Below, one piece after another: positions 15,490 to 28,225 of a stretch of 51,588 nucleotides of DNA. The stretch lies in the NCBI GenBank assembly GCA_964016885.1, contig CAXHJY010000213.1:1-51588 (forward strand), given 5' to 3'. The notes under the pieces are model-generated. The model ran no database searches. It was not told where the DNA came from and saw nothing but the letters and a program-made list of their open reading frames with translations. Source of the stretch: Eledone cirrhosa. Its lineage: Eukaryota. Each line of letters starts with the position of its first letter. Position 1 is the stretch's first letter. Position numbers and translations under genes: made by a program.

Positions 15490-15640
15490 TTTTTCTGCTT
15501 TTGGCACGGATCCAGCGACTGGTTCAGCGCATTACTGGTACTCTCTTTTGTTGACTCCGTGCGGATGAAAGGCAAGGTTGACCTCGGCGGGATTTAAGCT
15601 CAGATCGTGGAGAGCCATAGCTCTATGCTGTAAAGCAATT
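15490..15640 (-). mobile_element. SINE
   Basis: ggatgaaaggcaaggttgacctcggcgggattt core in reverse orientation. Confidence 0.75.
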
Positions 15641-15954
15641 ATAATAATACTGGACTGTAATACGATCGGCTTCAACTATACAAACTCTTGAAAGTCAACA
15701 GTTGACATAATCTTGTAATCTTGTATCAGTAATGACGGTAATATATATATATATCCTTAAGACATATATATGTGTGTGTGTGTAAGTGAGTAGCGCGTAT
15801 GTGTTTGTTTGTATGTATGAGTGTTGCTGTGTGCGCGCGTATGTATGCGTGTGTGTGCGCGCATATGTATGCGCGTGTGTGTATGTCGTACGTATAAGTG
15901 TCAATAAGTGAGTTTTTTTTGTTTTTTTTTTGCGCGCGGGCACAGAAATAATCA

Positions 15955-16212
15955 AGCTGGATGCCCGATCGCGCAGTTAAACCACTGGGAGTGAAGAACC
16001 CCTAGCCCTTGTCAGGGCTATCTTCTAGGAAAAGGCATCTCAGGAAACTGGGCTAACTCAGACATAAAACGTGCGGCTCAGTAGTTACCGATGATGTTGA
16101 TCTTTTCTTCTTTTCGGGTTATAGCTACTGTCGCTCAGAGGGTGGGATCGGCTCAGTGCACAGTCTTTCCTCACTTTAAAAATATTCGTCACGCACAGGC
16201 ATTGCACGAGTG
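15955..16212 (+). mobile_element. Probable RTE LINE 5' UTR
   Basis: GC-richer segment upstream of the RTE ORF; gtcagggctatcttctaggaaaagg resembles RTE/BovB 5' leader motifs (recognition from memory). Confidence 0.45.
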
Positions 16213-16399
16213 CATTAATAATTATTAATAGTGTATTATTATTATTATTAATGCACTAAGTAATTGCTGGCCTTGTGCCTAAAGTAGAAACAATTATTAT
16301 TATTATTATTATTGTTACTATTATTATTCCTTTTTTTTTTTTTTTTTTTTTTTTTTCAAATTCAATGATGTTCCAGAACAATATAAAAGAGATAATTGG

Positions 16400-19300
16400 C
16401 AATTTAGGTTCTGGAACAAAAAAGATAATTGGCAATAAGGGCAGGAGCCCAAGGTTATCACAGCCTGGGCCCGCTCGTCATCGTGCCATTGTAATAGAGC
16501 CAAACAAGGCATTTAGTCTTGGCTGCTGGAACGTACGGACGCTGCTTGACAGGGATTCCTTGGAGCGTCTTGAACGAAGGACCGCTCTTGTTGCAAAGGA
16601 GCTTCGACGTTACGATCTTGACATCGTGGCTTTATCTGAGACGAGGTTAGCTGGAGATGGTCATCTTACAGAATTTTGTGGAGAATATACATTCTTCTGG
16701 AAAGGAACCAGAAGAGAGGCTGGGGTAGGATTTGCTGTTAAGACTGTACTTGTGAATAAATTAGAAGAATTCCCAGTAGGGATTAGTGAGCGTCTTATGT
16801 CCATGAGAATTCCACTCACCAGGGTCGCATATCTTCCGACAAAGGAAGATATGCGACCCTGGTGAGTGTGTATGCTCCAACTATGAATTCTGTCGATGAA
16901 GAAAAAGTGTCCTTTTACCATGCCTTGAAAGGTGTTCTAAGAAATATCCCTCAGGCAGACAAAGTCATCGTGCTTGGTGACTTTAATGCTAGAGTGGGTA
17001 GGTATTTTAACACATGGAATGTAATCGGAAGGCATGGGGTGGGAAAGTGTAACAACAATGGTATGCTCCTGCTGCAGATGTGTGAGGAGCTGGATCTGTG
17101 TGTTACCAACACCATGTTCCAACAAAAGAACAAATTCAAGACCACATGGATGCATCCTGCATCTAAGGAATGGCATCTTTTGGACTACGTCCTAGTCAGG
17201 ATGCGTGATAGACAGGATGTGCAGTGTGTTCGTGCTCTTCGTGGAGCTGAGTGCTGGACGGACCACCGCCTGGTACGCGCAAAAGTGAAACTAATCACTA
17301 AACGTAAAATCCGGGCTCCTGGTGTTGCCCTGCCCAAAATATTGAATGCTGCTCGTCTTAAGGATAAAAATGTGAAGAGGGCATTGGAAGAAGAGATGCA
17401 GGCTGCAGATCTTGGTGAGGATTGGCCGACCCTTAAAAAGTCGGTTTATGATGTAGGCAGGCGTGTTCTGGGATTGGTGCAAAGAAAACATCAGGACTGG
17501 ATTAATGAGAATGATGTACATATAGAAGACTTGTTGGCTGATAAGAGGCGTGCTCTGTCACGCTACTTGACGGCAAAACCACAGGAGAGGAATACGTTGC
17601 ATGAGGAACTCAAGGATGTAAAATCACGTGTTAGGCAGAGTCTTTCTCAGGTGAAGGATCAGTGGTGGAGTGAGAAGGCTGGTGAGATACAAACTGCGTC
17701 TGATTCCAATAACACAAAGCTGTTGTACAGTCTCTTGCGTGAGGTTTATGGACCCTCTTCTTCTCTAGTGACACCGCTTCGCAGCAAGGATGGCAAAGAA
17801 CTTCTTCGTGACTCACAAGGAATTCTTCGAGGTGGCGAGAGCACTTTGATGATCTTTTGAATCAGCCGTCTGTCGTCAGTGAAGATTTTCTCAATCTCAT
17901 TCCAGAAAGTCCTGTGAAAGTAGCACTCGCAGAACCTCCGACGCTTGTGGAGGTTGCAGTGGCTATTTCGAAGCTGAACAGTGAAAGATCTCCAGGTATG
18001 GATGGCATACATGCTGAGCTCCTACAATATGGTGGTGAGAGACTCCTGCAACTTCTTCACTCTGTGTTTGGCAGGATATGGGCTAATGAATCCGTACCTG
18101 AGGACTGGAGAGATGCAGTAATGGTGGTCATGTACAAGGGAAAGGGTAACTGGAATGATTGTGGGAACTACAGAGGTATATCATTGCTTTCTGTCGTAGG
18201 GAAAGTTTTATGTAGGGTGCTTCTGGACCGTCTGCTGACACACATTGCAGATTGTGTTCTTCCTGAAAGTCAATCTGGTTTTCGTGCTGGACGCGGCACT
18301 ACTGATATGATCTTCTCAGCTAGACAGCTCCAGGAGAAGTGCATGGAACAAGGCTTGGATCTGTATCAGGTTTTTGTCGATCTGACAGAAGCTTTCGATA
18401 CTGTTAAAAGTGATGCATCATGGAAGGTTTTCCAGAAACTTGGTTGCCCTGATAAAGTTCCTTGCTTTAGTTAGATCTTTCCATGACGACATGAAGGTTT
18501 GGGTTAATGTCGGAGGTAACATGTCGGAGCCTATCTCAGTAAAAAATGGAGTGAAACAGGGGGATATTCCAGCACCGACCCTGTTTGCCATATACTTTGC
18601 AATGGTTTTCTGTATTGCATTCAGGAATTGCGAGCATGGTGTTTACATCCGATATCGAACCTCAGGCAGCATATTTAACATCAGGCGCGTTGCTGCAAAG
18701 ACAAAAGTATTTACATCAATCATAAGAGACCTCTTGTATGCAGATGATTGCGATCATGTAGCGCACACAGAGAGTGATATGCAGCACATTTTGAATGCAT
18801 TTTCTGACACTTGCACTGCCCTAGGATTGACTGTCAGTCTTAAGAAAACCGTCGTCATGTACCAATCTGCCCCTGGTAAGCAGTACACTGAACCAAATAT
18901 CTATGTGTATGGTAGGGAAGCACTGTCAATCGATACAGCAACCTTGACAGTGAAATCTCACTTAGGATTAGGAAAGCAAGTGATGCTTTCGGAAAGCTAG
19001 AAAGGCGACTCTGGGGTCGGCGAGACATATGCAGGAGGACAAAGGTAAAGGTGTACAAGGCATGTGTGCTCTCTTGTCTTCTTTATGCCTGCGAGACCTG
19101 GGTCACATATAGACACCACCTTAAGCAAATGGAGCGTTTCCATGAGATGTGTCTCAGACGGATCCATGGTGTTCACTGGAGGGATCACATCAGTGATGTC
19201 GAGATTTTGGAAAGCTCTATGACAGTATAGAAGCTCTTGTGCTTAAGCAACGACTCTGTTGGAGTGATCACCTTGCCAGGATGAAGGATTCTAGAATACC

Positions 19301-19880
19301 AAAACAACTCTTTTATGGAGAGTTGGTTAAAGGAAAACGACCGCCACATAAACCCAAAAAGAGGTATAAGGATTCCCTGAAAGCCTCTTTGAAAGACGCT
19401 AACATCTCTGCTGATACATGGGAAAATATTGCTGCTGATCGTAATAAATGGAGAAAGACTGTATATGAGGGAAAAGTTGCCTTTGAGGCATCTCGAATCG
19501 CATACGAGAAAGTAAAGCGGGATGTGAGGAAGGGCATTGCTGTTGCACTTCCAGACGGCGAAGGTCCTCCTATGGTGCTGACATGCAGCGTCTGTGCGAG
19601 ACTCTGCCTAAGCAAAGCTGGACTCGAAAGTCATCTTCGCAGTCATAAAGTAAGACCAGTGGTTGACTACCAGGCTGCTGTTGGAGATGCTACTCATCAT
19701 GCTTGCCAAACATGTGGTAGAGAATGTAAATCAGCAGGAGGGCTCAAGCGACATGCAAAAGTACATGAACTCCAACCACAGCCGACTATTCCCAGTGAAT
19801 GTTTTGGTTGCCGACTCTATGCAAGACATTTTAGATCATTGGCTGGGCTAAAAAGCCACATTCGATCGCAGCGCTGTTAG
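16400..19880 (+). mobile_element. Near full-length, frameshifted RTE-clade LINE: APE endonuclease, RT, C-terminal C2H2 zinc fingers
   Basis: GCWNVRTL, ALSETR, SVYAPT, LGDFNARVG, LLDYVLV, WTDHRLV; YRGISLLS, QSGFR, GVKQGD, LLYADD; CxxC..H..H fingers; at least 4 frameshifts. Confidence 0.95.
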
Positions 19881-20052
19881 TTGCTATCGTGTGTGTGTAT
19901 AGATATGTTTATGTGAGTGCGTGTATGTGTATATATATATGTATATGTATATTATTATTGTTGTTGTCGTTATTATTATTGTTGTTATTATTATTATTAT
20001 TATAGTTATTAATGTATATGTGTGTGTGTATATATATGTGTGTGTATATATG

Positions 20053-20092
<40 letters not shown>

Positions 20093-20142
20093 AGAGATGT
20101 AAAATAAGAAAATTATAAAATTAACTTACTTACTAAAATATC

Positions 20143-20227
20143 ACTTCCAACTAATTAGTTTCTGGAATGGAGTAAATATATTTTCCGAAGAATAATATAT
20201 GGAGAAGCATTCCGTCGTCAGGAAAGT
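20143..20227 (-). ncRNA. Type I hammerhead ribozyme in a PLE-like remnant (~20092-20330)
   Basis: ACUUUC-CUGACGA-cGGAAUG...CAUUCCa-GAAAC-UAAUUA-GUU-GGAAGU. Confidence 0.78.
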
Positions 20228-20446
20228 CTATTCTCATGTAAGTTTCCAGGCAAAGCGAGGACACTGGAAACTTATTAAAAAATAATTCAGTGGATAGGAA
20301 ATAGCGAAGCGTGGACTGAATTCCAAGCATATATATATTTCTTTTTTTAAACTTTATTTTATTTTTTATTTATTTATTAATTTTTTTTTACTCCTCGTGC
20401 AATGGCCATACTCGATAACGAGGGGGGCAGCCATCATCATATATAT

Positions 20447-20573
<127 letters not shown>

Positions 20574-20589
20574 TGTGTTTGTGTGTGTG

Positions 20590-20670
20590 TGTGCTGAATA
20601 GGACCCGTCCCACTCTTGCAAGCTGGGAAAAGCGTACGTAAAATGATGATGATGATAATGATGATGATGA
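20590..20670 (+). mobile_element. Isolated RTE LINE 3' tail
   Basis: gtgctgaataggacccgtcccactcttgcaagctgggaaaagcgtacgtaaaa(tga)n. Confidence 0.8.
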
Positions 20671-20926
20671 TATAGATATATATATAAATACATATGGACA
20701 CATTTTATATATATATATATATACACTGAGTAGTTCTGTATGTTTACCATTGCTTCATTGACGCACCAATGGAAGTAAGAAGAGCAAATAGAGGTCTATA
20801 TTATATAAATAATTATATAAATCATACTTTCAATTCTTATTTATTCTTTAGCATTCAAGTTAGTGACAATAACTACAGCAGACAGCAAACTACCAAAAAT
20901 CTGAGGGGAGGATAAAGAATTGTTCA

Positions 20927-21980
<1,054 letters not shown>

Positions 21981-22223
21981 ATGAAGTAGACTCTTTACAG
22001 AACATCAGATTGAAAGTTTGTGGAGAAGCGAACGGAATGGTGACCCGTCGCTGTTGAATGTCAACGTTCATGTCTTGCGAGAAGGAATTCCCGGTTACCT
22101 TAACAATCATCAGACAACTGTGAAACATTTACTAACCATTTTTTTCTCCCTATTTCTCACAAATGATGCTGTCTCTGTGTTTCAAATAGTTCTCAAAATA
22201 ATCATCTAACTTTTTTACTATTT

Positions 22224-22522
22224 AGCTGGTGTTTGTTTGTTTGGAACATAACTTAACAAAGGTTCTTACATAAAATTATGATGGAAGATTTTAGATAAAT
22301 ATAAACACTTCAAAACAAATAGTTTCGTATTGTAAAACTAAGGGTGGTTTTGGGTAGTTCTTATATAAAAGGGTTAAGCTGGTGTTTGGAACATAACTTA
22401 ACAAAGGTTTTTACATTAAAATATGATGGAATCTTTTTAGATAAATATAAACATTTGAAAACTAAAAGTTTAGTATTGTAGAACCAGGGGTAGTACCAGG
22501 TAGTTTGGTATCAAAAGACTTA
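22224..22522 (+). repeat. Diverged tandem duplication (~150 bp x2)
   Basis: gtttggaacataacttaacaaagg occurs at ~22239 and ~22384. Confidence 0.8.
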
Positions 22523-22529
22523 GACTCTT

Positions 22530-22770
22530 GGAGCTACTGGGTGTTTCAGAAGGTCTTACAACATAGTCACCCTCATCTAGGTGGTGACCCAACTACAAGA
22601 CATTACCAATTTTGTATCCTGGAGACACTGGGTGTTCCTGGTCTTACAACATAGTCACCCTCATCCAGGTGGTGACCCAACTACTGGACACATCATCAGT
22701 GTTATTTCCTGGAGTCACGGTGTTTCTGCTCTTACAGCATAGTCACCTTCATCTAGGTGGTGACCAAACC
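22530..22770 (+). repeat. ~89-bp tandem repeat x3 containing hairpin GTCACC...GGTGAC
   Basis: tcttacaacatagtcaccctcatctaggtggtgacc at ~22554, ~22643 and ~22730. Confidence 0.8.
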
Positions 22771-22994
22771 GAGGTTAATCAAGCCCCAGGATCTACTCAA
22801 GTAATATACATACTAGCTACCCTGCCCAGTCACTTCTCTCTTTAGCTAACTTTCAGGAAGCCATCATCACCCCTGCCCTCTAAGCAATATACAGGAATAC
22901 AGAAGCAGAATTGCCCCACCTTCCTTATACCTAACACTACCAACATTCTGTAGGGTGAAGAACATCAGTTAAAGCTGGGATCTATAACCAAACA

Positions 22995-23067
22995 ATGGCG
23001 TATTTCCTCACCAATAAAACCCTCAGAATTTTAATATGCATCATTGGAATTGTGGACATTATTCAAG
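22995..23067 (+). CDS. Probable first coding exon, signal peptide MAYFLTNKTLRILICIIGIVDIIQ(G)
   Basis: Kozak-like acaATGg, hydrophobic core, donor AG|gtaaga in phase 1; upstream acceptor ctaac...ctgtag| at 22953. Confidence 0.65.
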
Positions 23068-23189
23068 GTAAGAGAAACTATTGGTATTAATTCTTTTTAT
23101 ACTTATGATAGAAGAATTTTATATATATGAGTGTGTGTGTGTGTGTGTCGTATACGTATATATATATGTAAGAATATCACACACACATA

Positions 23190-23248
<59 letters not shown>

Positions 23249-23252
<4 letters not shown>

Positions 23253-23652
23253 CGAAGGAAGTGTGGTAAGGAACCAGATGGACCACAACGTACCAGAGTA
23301 CTCAATACTTAGGGTAATAGAGTGGGTAATAGGAAAATGTTTAACCCCCACGGCAGAGCTCAAGTCGTTTCAACAGCTATTTCTGAGTCCAGAAATAGCC
23401 GTATGCACGGCTTGAGCTCTGCCATCGGTGTTAAACATTTTCCTATATATATATATGGGAAAATGTTTAACCCCGACGGCAGAGCTCAAGCCGTGCATAC
23501 GGCTATTTCTGGACTCAGAAATAGCTGTTGAAACGACTTGAGCTCTGCCGTGGGGGTTAAACATTTTCCTATTACCCACTCTATTACCCTAAGTATTGAG
23601 TACTCTGGTACGTTGTGGTCCATCTGGTTCCTTACCACACTTCCTTCGTTAT
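23249..23652. repeat. Near-perfect nested inverted repeat (~195-bp arms) of PLE pLTR-like sequence
   Basis: 23249-23443 is nearly the reverse complement of 23458-23652 around a (TA) spacer; each arm is itself hairpin-forming; related to 25008-25350. Confidence 0.9.
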
Positions 23653-23654
23653 CT

Positions 23655-23752
<98 letters not shown>

Positions 23753-23856
23753 GATTGGAGCACTCGACGAAGTACGCAGGCTAGTTTCTTTACTCCGGAG
23801 TAATGTAAAATAATTAAGTCAAATATGTAAAATTTGGCTTCGTTTATTATAAATTA

Positions 23857-24473
23857 CTAGAAGAAAAACCACATTTCGGGTGGTTTTCTGCTAGCATGTG
23901 TAGTGTGCATATTGATATTATACGCAAGTATATATACATGTAGATATGATATATCAAATAAAATCCTAATTGACAATATACTCAGAAATTGAACGAAGAC
24001 TGCGTTACACTGTCTTATGTAATCAGTAACGTAATTCATGATACGTTAAAAAAAAGACGATATTATATATAATCTGCATTAGGAGAAAATTAGTGACGGA
24101 AATATATGAATGTTTATTTAAGCGATCGCTAACCGGAAGTGTTGACATTTGAAAATTTTAAAGAAGTGAATCTTAAAAAATGAGCAACAAAATTATTTAT
24201 ATTTAATGAAGAATAACGAAATTTAGTAGATACATTATGTAATATTCATTCATTATTTATTCAAAGTAATATTAAATTTTAATATCGATGGTCCCACGCA
24301 GAAATGCCCATTTGTACCGTACTGTATTGTCCTGCACTGTCCTTAATGTCTACTTTATGTAAACCCTTGTGGTTAATAAAGAAATCATTATTTATTCAAA
24401 GTAATTTTACAAACGGGATAAAAAAATATATTCTTGACGCAGTCCCACACTCCTTACTTTATTATAGTTTAGA
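23857..24473 (-). mobile_element. Non-autonomous Helitron, copy 2
   Basis: Homologous to 6152-6633 with the same termini; inserted at A|T. Confidence 0.82.
24271..24385 (+). mobile_element. Short retroposed 3' fragment with ~20-bp target-site duplication, inside Helitron copy 2
   Basis: cattatttattcaaagtaat flanks both sides (24251-24270, 24386-24405); AATAAA near its end; absent from copy 1. Confidence 0.75.
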
Positions 24474-24480
24474 TAGATAT

Positions 24481-24535
24481 ACTGCTATATATATTTTGGT
24501 GATAGCCATCATTAGCTGTGACCTCTTCAGGCAGT
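24481..24535 (-). ncRNA. Hammerhead ribozyme with G12A change (likely inactive)
   Basis: ACUGC-CUGAAGA-GGUcacAGC...GCUaucACC-aAAA-UAUAUA-UA-GCAGU. Confidence 0.7.
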
Positions 24536-24713
24536 CCGAATTGGTGTAGGAAAGACAGGTACATATATTGTTGAAGTGTGTTTTACTTTGTCAATACATC
24601 GATATGTCCAGCTCCTGGTAGTGTTGTTATTCCTCTGAGGAACTGGGATCATATATAGCAGTATATCTATAATTCATAATAAACGAAGCCAAATTTTACA
24701 TATTTGACTTAAT

Positions 24714-24799
<86 letters not shown>

Positions 24800-24804
24800 A
24801 TATA

Positions 24805-24883
<79 letters not shown>

Positions 24884-24902
24884 ATATATATATATATGTG
24901 TG

Positions 24903-24983
<81 letters not shown>

Positions 24984-25007
24984 ATGTGTGTGTGTGTGTG
25001 GGGGGGG

Positions 25008-25073
25008 GAAGAGTCAGGGCCCCGATGGCTGAGCTCTGGCCGTTTCGACAGCTATCTTACCGCACCTTCTTTG

Positions 25074-25111
<38 letters not shown>

Positions 25112-25350
25112 CAAAGAAGGTGTGGTAAGATACCAGCTGGACCATAACACACCAGAGTACTCAATACTTAGGGTAGTAGAGTGGATAATAGGAAAAGAGT
25201 CAGGACCCCAATGGCTGAGCCTCGGCCATTTCGACAGCTAGATCCCAACTAAGGCACCGATATTAGAATAGCCGGAATCTAGCTGAACTTATCAGATCTA
25301 GCTGTTGAAACGGGCAGAGCTCAGCCGTCGGGGTCTTGACTCTTTTCCAA
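25008..25350. mobile_element. Rearranged pLTR fragments, same family as 23249-23652
   Basis: gtgtggtaag..ggaccataac..ccagagtactcaatacttagggta shared; internal inverted copies. Confidence 0.75.
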
Positions 25351-25372
25351 TATATATACATATATATATAAG

Positions 25373-26263
25373 ACAAAAGTGTTGATGAGTAGAAAAGAGG
25401 ACAAAACTCTGATTCCGCCAGGGAAATGTCCATGTTCGATATGCAGAAAAGGAACTGTCATAAATTCTATAAAATGCACACAATGCAGATCCTGGGTACA
25501 CAAGAGATGTAGCGGGATAGCAGGCAAACTAACAGGTAGGGAGAAATATGTATGCAGTAGATGTACAGGGAAATTAGACAGTAGAAGTCGTATTGATAGA
25601 AACATTTTTCAAATGCAGGAGGGCGCTATAGAAGTGGTGGATAGCTTCCGGTACCTAGGAGATCAGATTAGCATGGGAGGAGGGTGTTCCGAGGCCATAG
25701 TATCTAGAATAAGGACGGGTTGGAAGAAGTTTAGGGAGCTGCTTCCTCTGTTGACGAAGAAGGGTTTCTCCCTGCGTACGAAAGGCCGATTGTATGATGC
25801 CTGTGTGAGGAGCGCGATGCTGCACGGTAGTGAAACATGGGCAGCAACTGTAGAGGATATGCGACGGCTGGAGAGAAATGAGGCAAGCATGCTCCGTTGG
25901 ATGTGCAGTGTAAATGTGCGTTTACGACCCAGCAGGAATGTGTTGAGAGAGAAAATGTGTCTGAGAGGGATAGAATGTAGTGTGCGAGAGAGGAGACTGA
26001 GGTGATATGGACATGTGATGCGCATGTAGGATGACCAATGGGTGAAGAAGTGCCAGGAAATGCCAGTTGAAGGAAGACGTGCTAGAGGTAGACCACGAAA
26101 AACATGGGCGGAGGTGGTGAGAACAGACCTCAGATCGTTGAAGCTCACGGTGGAGATGACGAAGGACCGTGACGTCCCAGCTGTGCTGAATAAGACCCGT
26201 CCCACCCTTGCGAGCAGGGAAGAGCGGACGTAAAATGATGATGATGATGATGAATGATGATGA

Positions 26264-26266
<3 letters not shown>
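25373..26266 (+). mobile_element. 5'-truncated RTE-clade LINE with a PHD-like Cys/His finger in the RT C-terminal region; (TGA)n tail
   Basis: CSIC..IKCTQC..WVHKRC..YVCSRC, then FRYLGD, GWKKFREL, MLHGSETW, GRPRKTW; in-frame stops. Confidence 0.92.
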
Positions 26267-26296
<30 letters not shown>

Positions 26297-26384
26297 TATT
26301 AAGTTGTTAAACGATATTCGATGATTATGTCAAAGAATGAGTTTTACAGTAGATAAACACACACACACACAAACACACACACAA

Positions 26385-26592
<208 letters not shown>

Positions 26593-26594
26593 AT

Positions 26595-26995
26595 AGCTTC
26601 TACAGGACTAGAACTGTTCATTCAAAGGAAATCATCAGGAAAGTCGACTGTCAATGTGTTATGGAGGTATTTATACATTTTCTGGTGGTAGGGGAGGGTG
26701 GTGATTGGGATGGGTGGAGGTCATTGGTTGATGGGTTTAAAGAATGGGGATTCTTTGAAAAAAACTATACTTAGAGAAAAATATATAGTGATACAGAATG
26801 ATAAAAATGCAGGCACTCCAAATTTTCAAGGTTCATTCATTCTAAGCAGATAAAGGATTTTCATTGAGGGCTGTATTAACAATCATCACCTTCCCCTACC
26901 ACCAGAAAATGTTTAAATATCACCATAACACATTGACACTCAGCTTTCAGGATGATTTCCTTTTTGAATGAAACAGTTCTAGCCCTGTAGAAGTC
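26595..26995. mobile_element. Diverged inverted pLTR pair with degenerate hammerheads (family of 11273-11323)
   Basis: 26595-26706 is nearly the reverse complement of 26881-26995; cores mutated (GAAC in one, AGGAUGA in the other). Confidence 0.75.
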
Positions 26996-27284
26996 ATTTC
27001 TATATAAAATATTCATACTCTGCTATGCATTTAGTACCTTACTAACTGTGGTTATAGAATAGAAACACTATTAGTACGGCACTTACTTAAATGTAAGTAT
27101 GTTTGCAATGTAAGTATGTTTACAAACAAACAAACCGAGCATTATAATAAATGTATTCCATTTATCGTTTTCGGTGCGCCCGGCCGACTGAACTCACTCG
27201 ATATGAAAATTAGGCTGCTCAGCCGTTAATATGCATAAGGAAAGTATATACTTTGAGACGTTCAATCATCTGGCAGGAAGGTAT

Positions 27285-27327
27285 ACGATGCTGACGATAG
27301 CTAATAAGCTTGAAACTAGTACATTGT
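27285..27327 (+). ncRNA. Minimal type I hammerhead ribozyme
   Basis: ACGAUG-CUGACGA-uAGCuaauaaGCUu-GAAAC-UA-GUA-CAUUGU; ACUAGU palindrome in stem III. Confidence 0.8.
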
Positions 27328-27331
27328 TCCT

Positions 27332-27600
27332 GTGTCAGTGTTGAACAAAAAGGTGACGTGGTTGCCTAAACACTGTACGGCGTAATTCGGGCTGTTTGTT
27401 TAAAAACAAACAAACCGAGCATTATAATAAATGTTCAGTAAACCGATACGTGCATATATATATATGTGTGCATGTATGTATATATATACATACTACTGTA
27501 CGTCTGTATACATATACGTATGTACGTATACAAACATACATACTTACATTTAAGTAAGTGCCGTACTAAGAGTGAGAAATGAAATTTCGTTTCATTCTAT
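27332..27600 (+). mobile_element. PLE-like 3' terminal segment, repeated at 34640-34925
   Basis: gtgtcagtgttgaacaaaaaggtgacgtggttgcct...aagtaagtgccgtactaagagtgagaaatgaaatttcg; short inverted copy at 27071-27105. Confidence 0.7.
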
Positions 27601-27794
27601 TCTATTTATATATATATTATGTGGTGGAGACTTCTTGGCCCAGTAATGTAATATAATATAATGTAATGTTATGTAATATAGCGTAATATAATGTAATACC
27701 TTTCTTTACTTTTGTATACAACTAAGGTAGGTTCAATAACTTGATAATACATTATGTTTGCTATAGTTTACTTAGTACAAATCGTGACAAAGGA

Positions 27795-27854
27795 GTCGTT
27801 TTTGCCTTTCATCCTCTTTGATATGGCAGTTCAGTACTGCCAGTACTGGGATTG

Positions 27855-27916
<62 letters not shown>

Positions 27917-28220
27917 ACTCAATAACTCTGAATAAATAAAACTATCAACTCTGCTGTTCATCTTTTCAGAGTCAAAAAAATGAAGTACCAGTCAAATACT
28001 GGGATTGATTTAACCAACCCCTATAACATTACTGGCAAATTTGATCTCGGCTTTTCATCTTTTCAGGGTTGATAAAATAAGTACCAATCAATTACTAGGG
28101 TCAATCGATTTAATGAACTCTCCCTTCCCCACCAATTACTGGCAGAGTTGATCTCAGCCAGCCTTTCAACCTTTCAGAGTTGATGAAATAAAGTAGCAGT
28201 CAAGTACTAGGATCAGTTAG
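27795..28220 (+). repeat. Four degenerate tandem SINE-core copies with a (CT)n insertion
   Basis: tttcatc(c)tttcagggttgataaaataagtaccagt variants. Confidence 0.65.
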
Positions 28221-28225
28221 TTGTT

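Larger units (their letters stand above)
23807..24720. mobile_element. Inverted PLE pLTR pair interrupted by a Helitron
   Basis: 23807-23856 plus 24474-24492 is the reverse complement of 24651-24719. Confidence 0.75.

Noticed and set aside
25663-26205. Antisense ORFs over LINE/PLE coding regions (also 3668-4136, 29709-30041, 31694-33284)
   Set aside because: Shadow frames of the retroelement ORFs.
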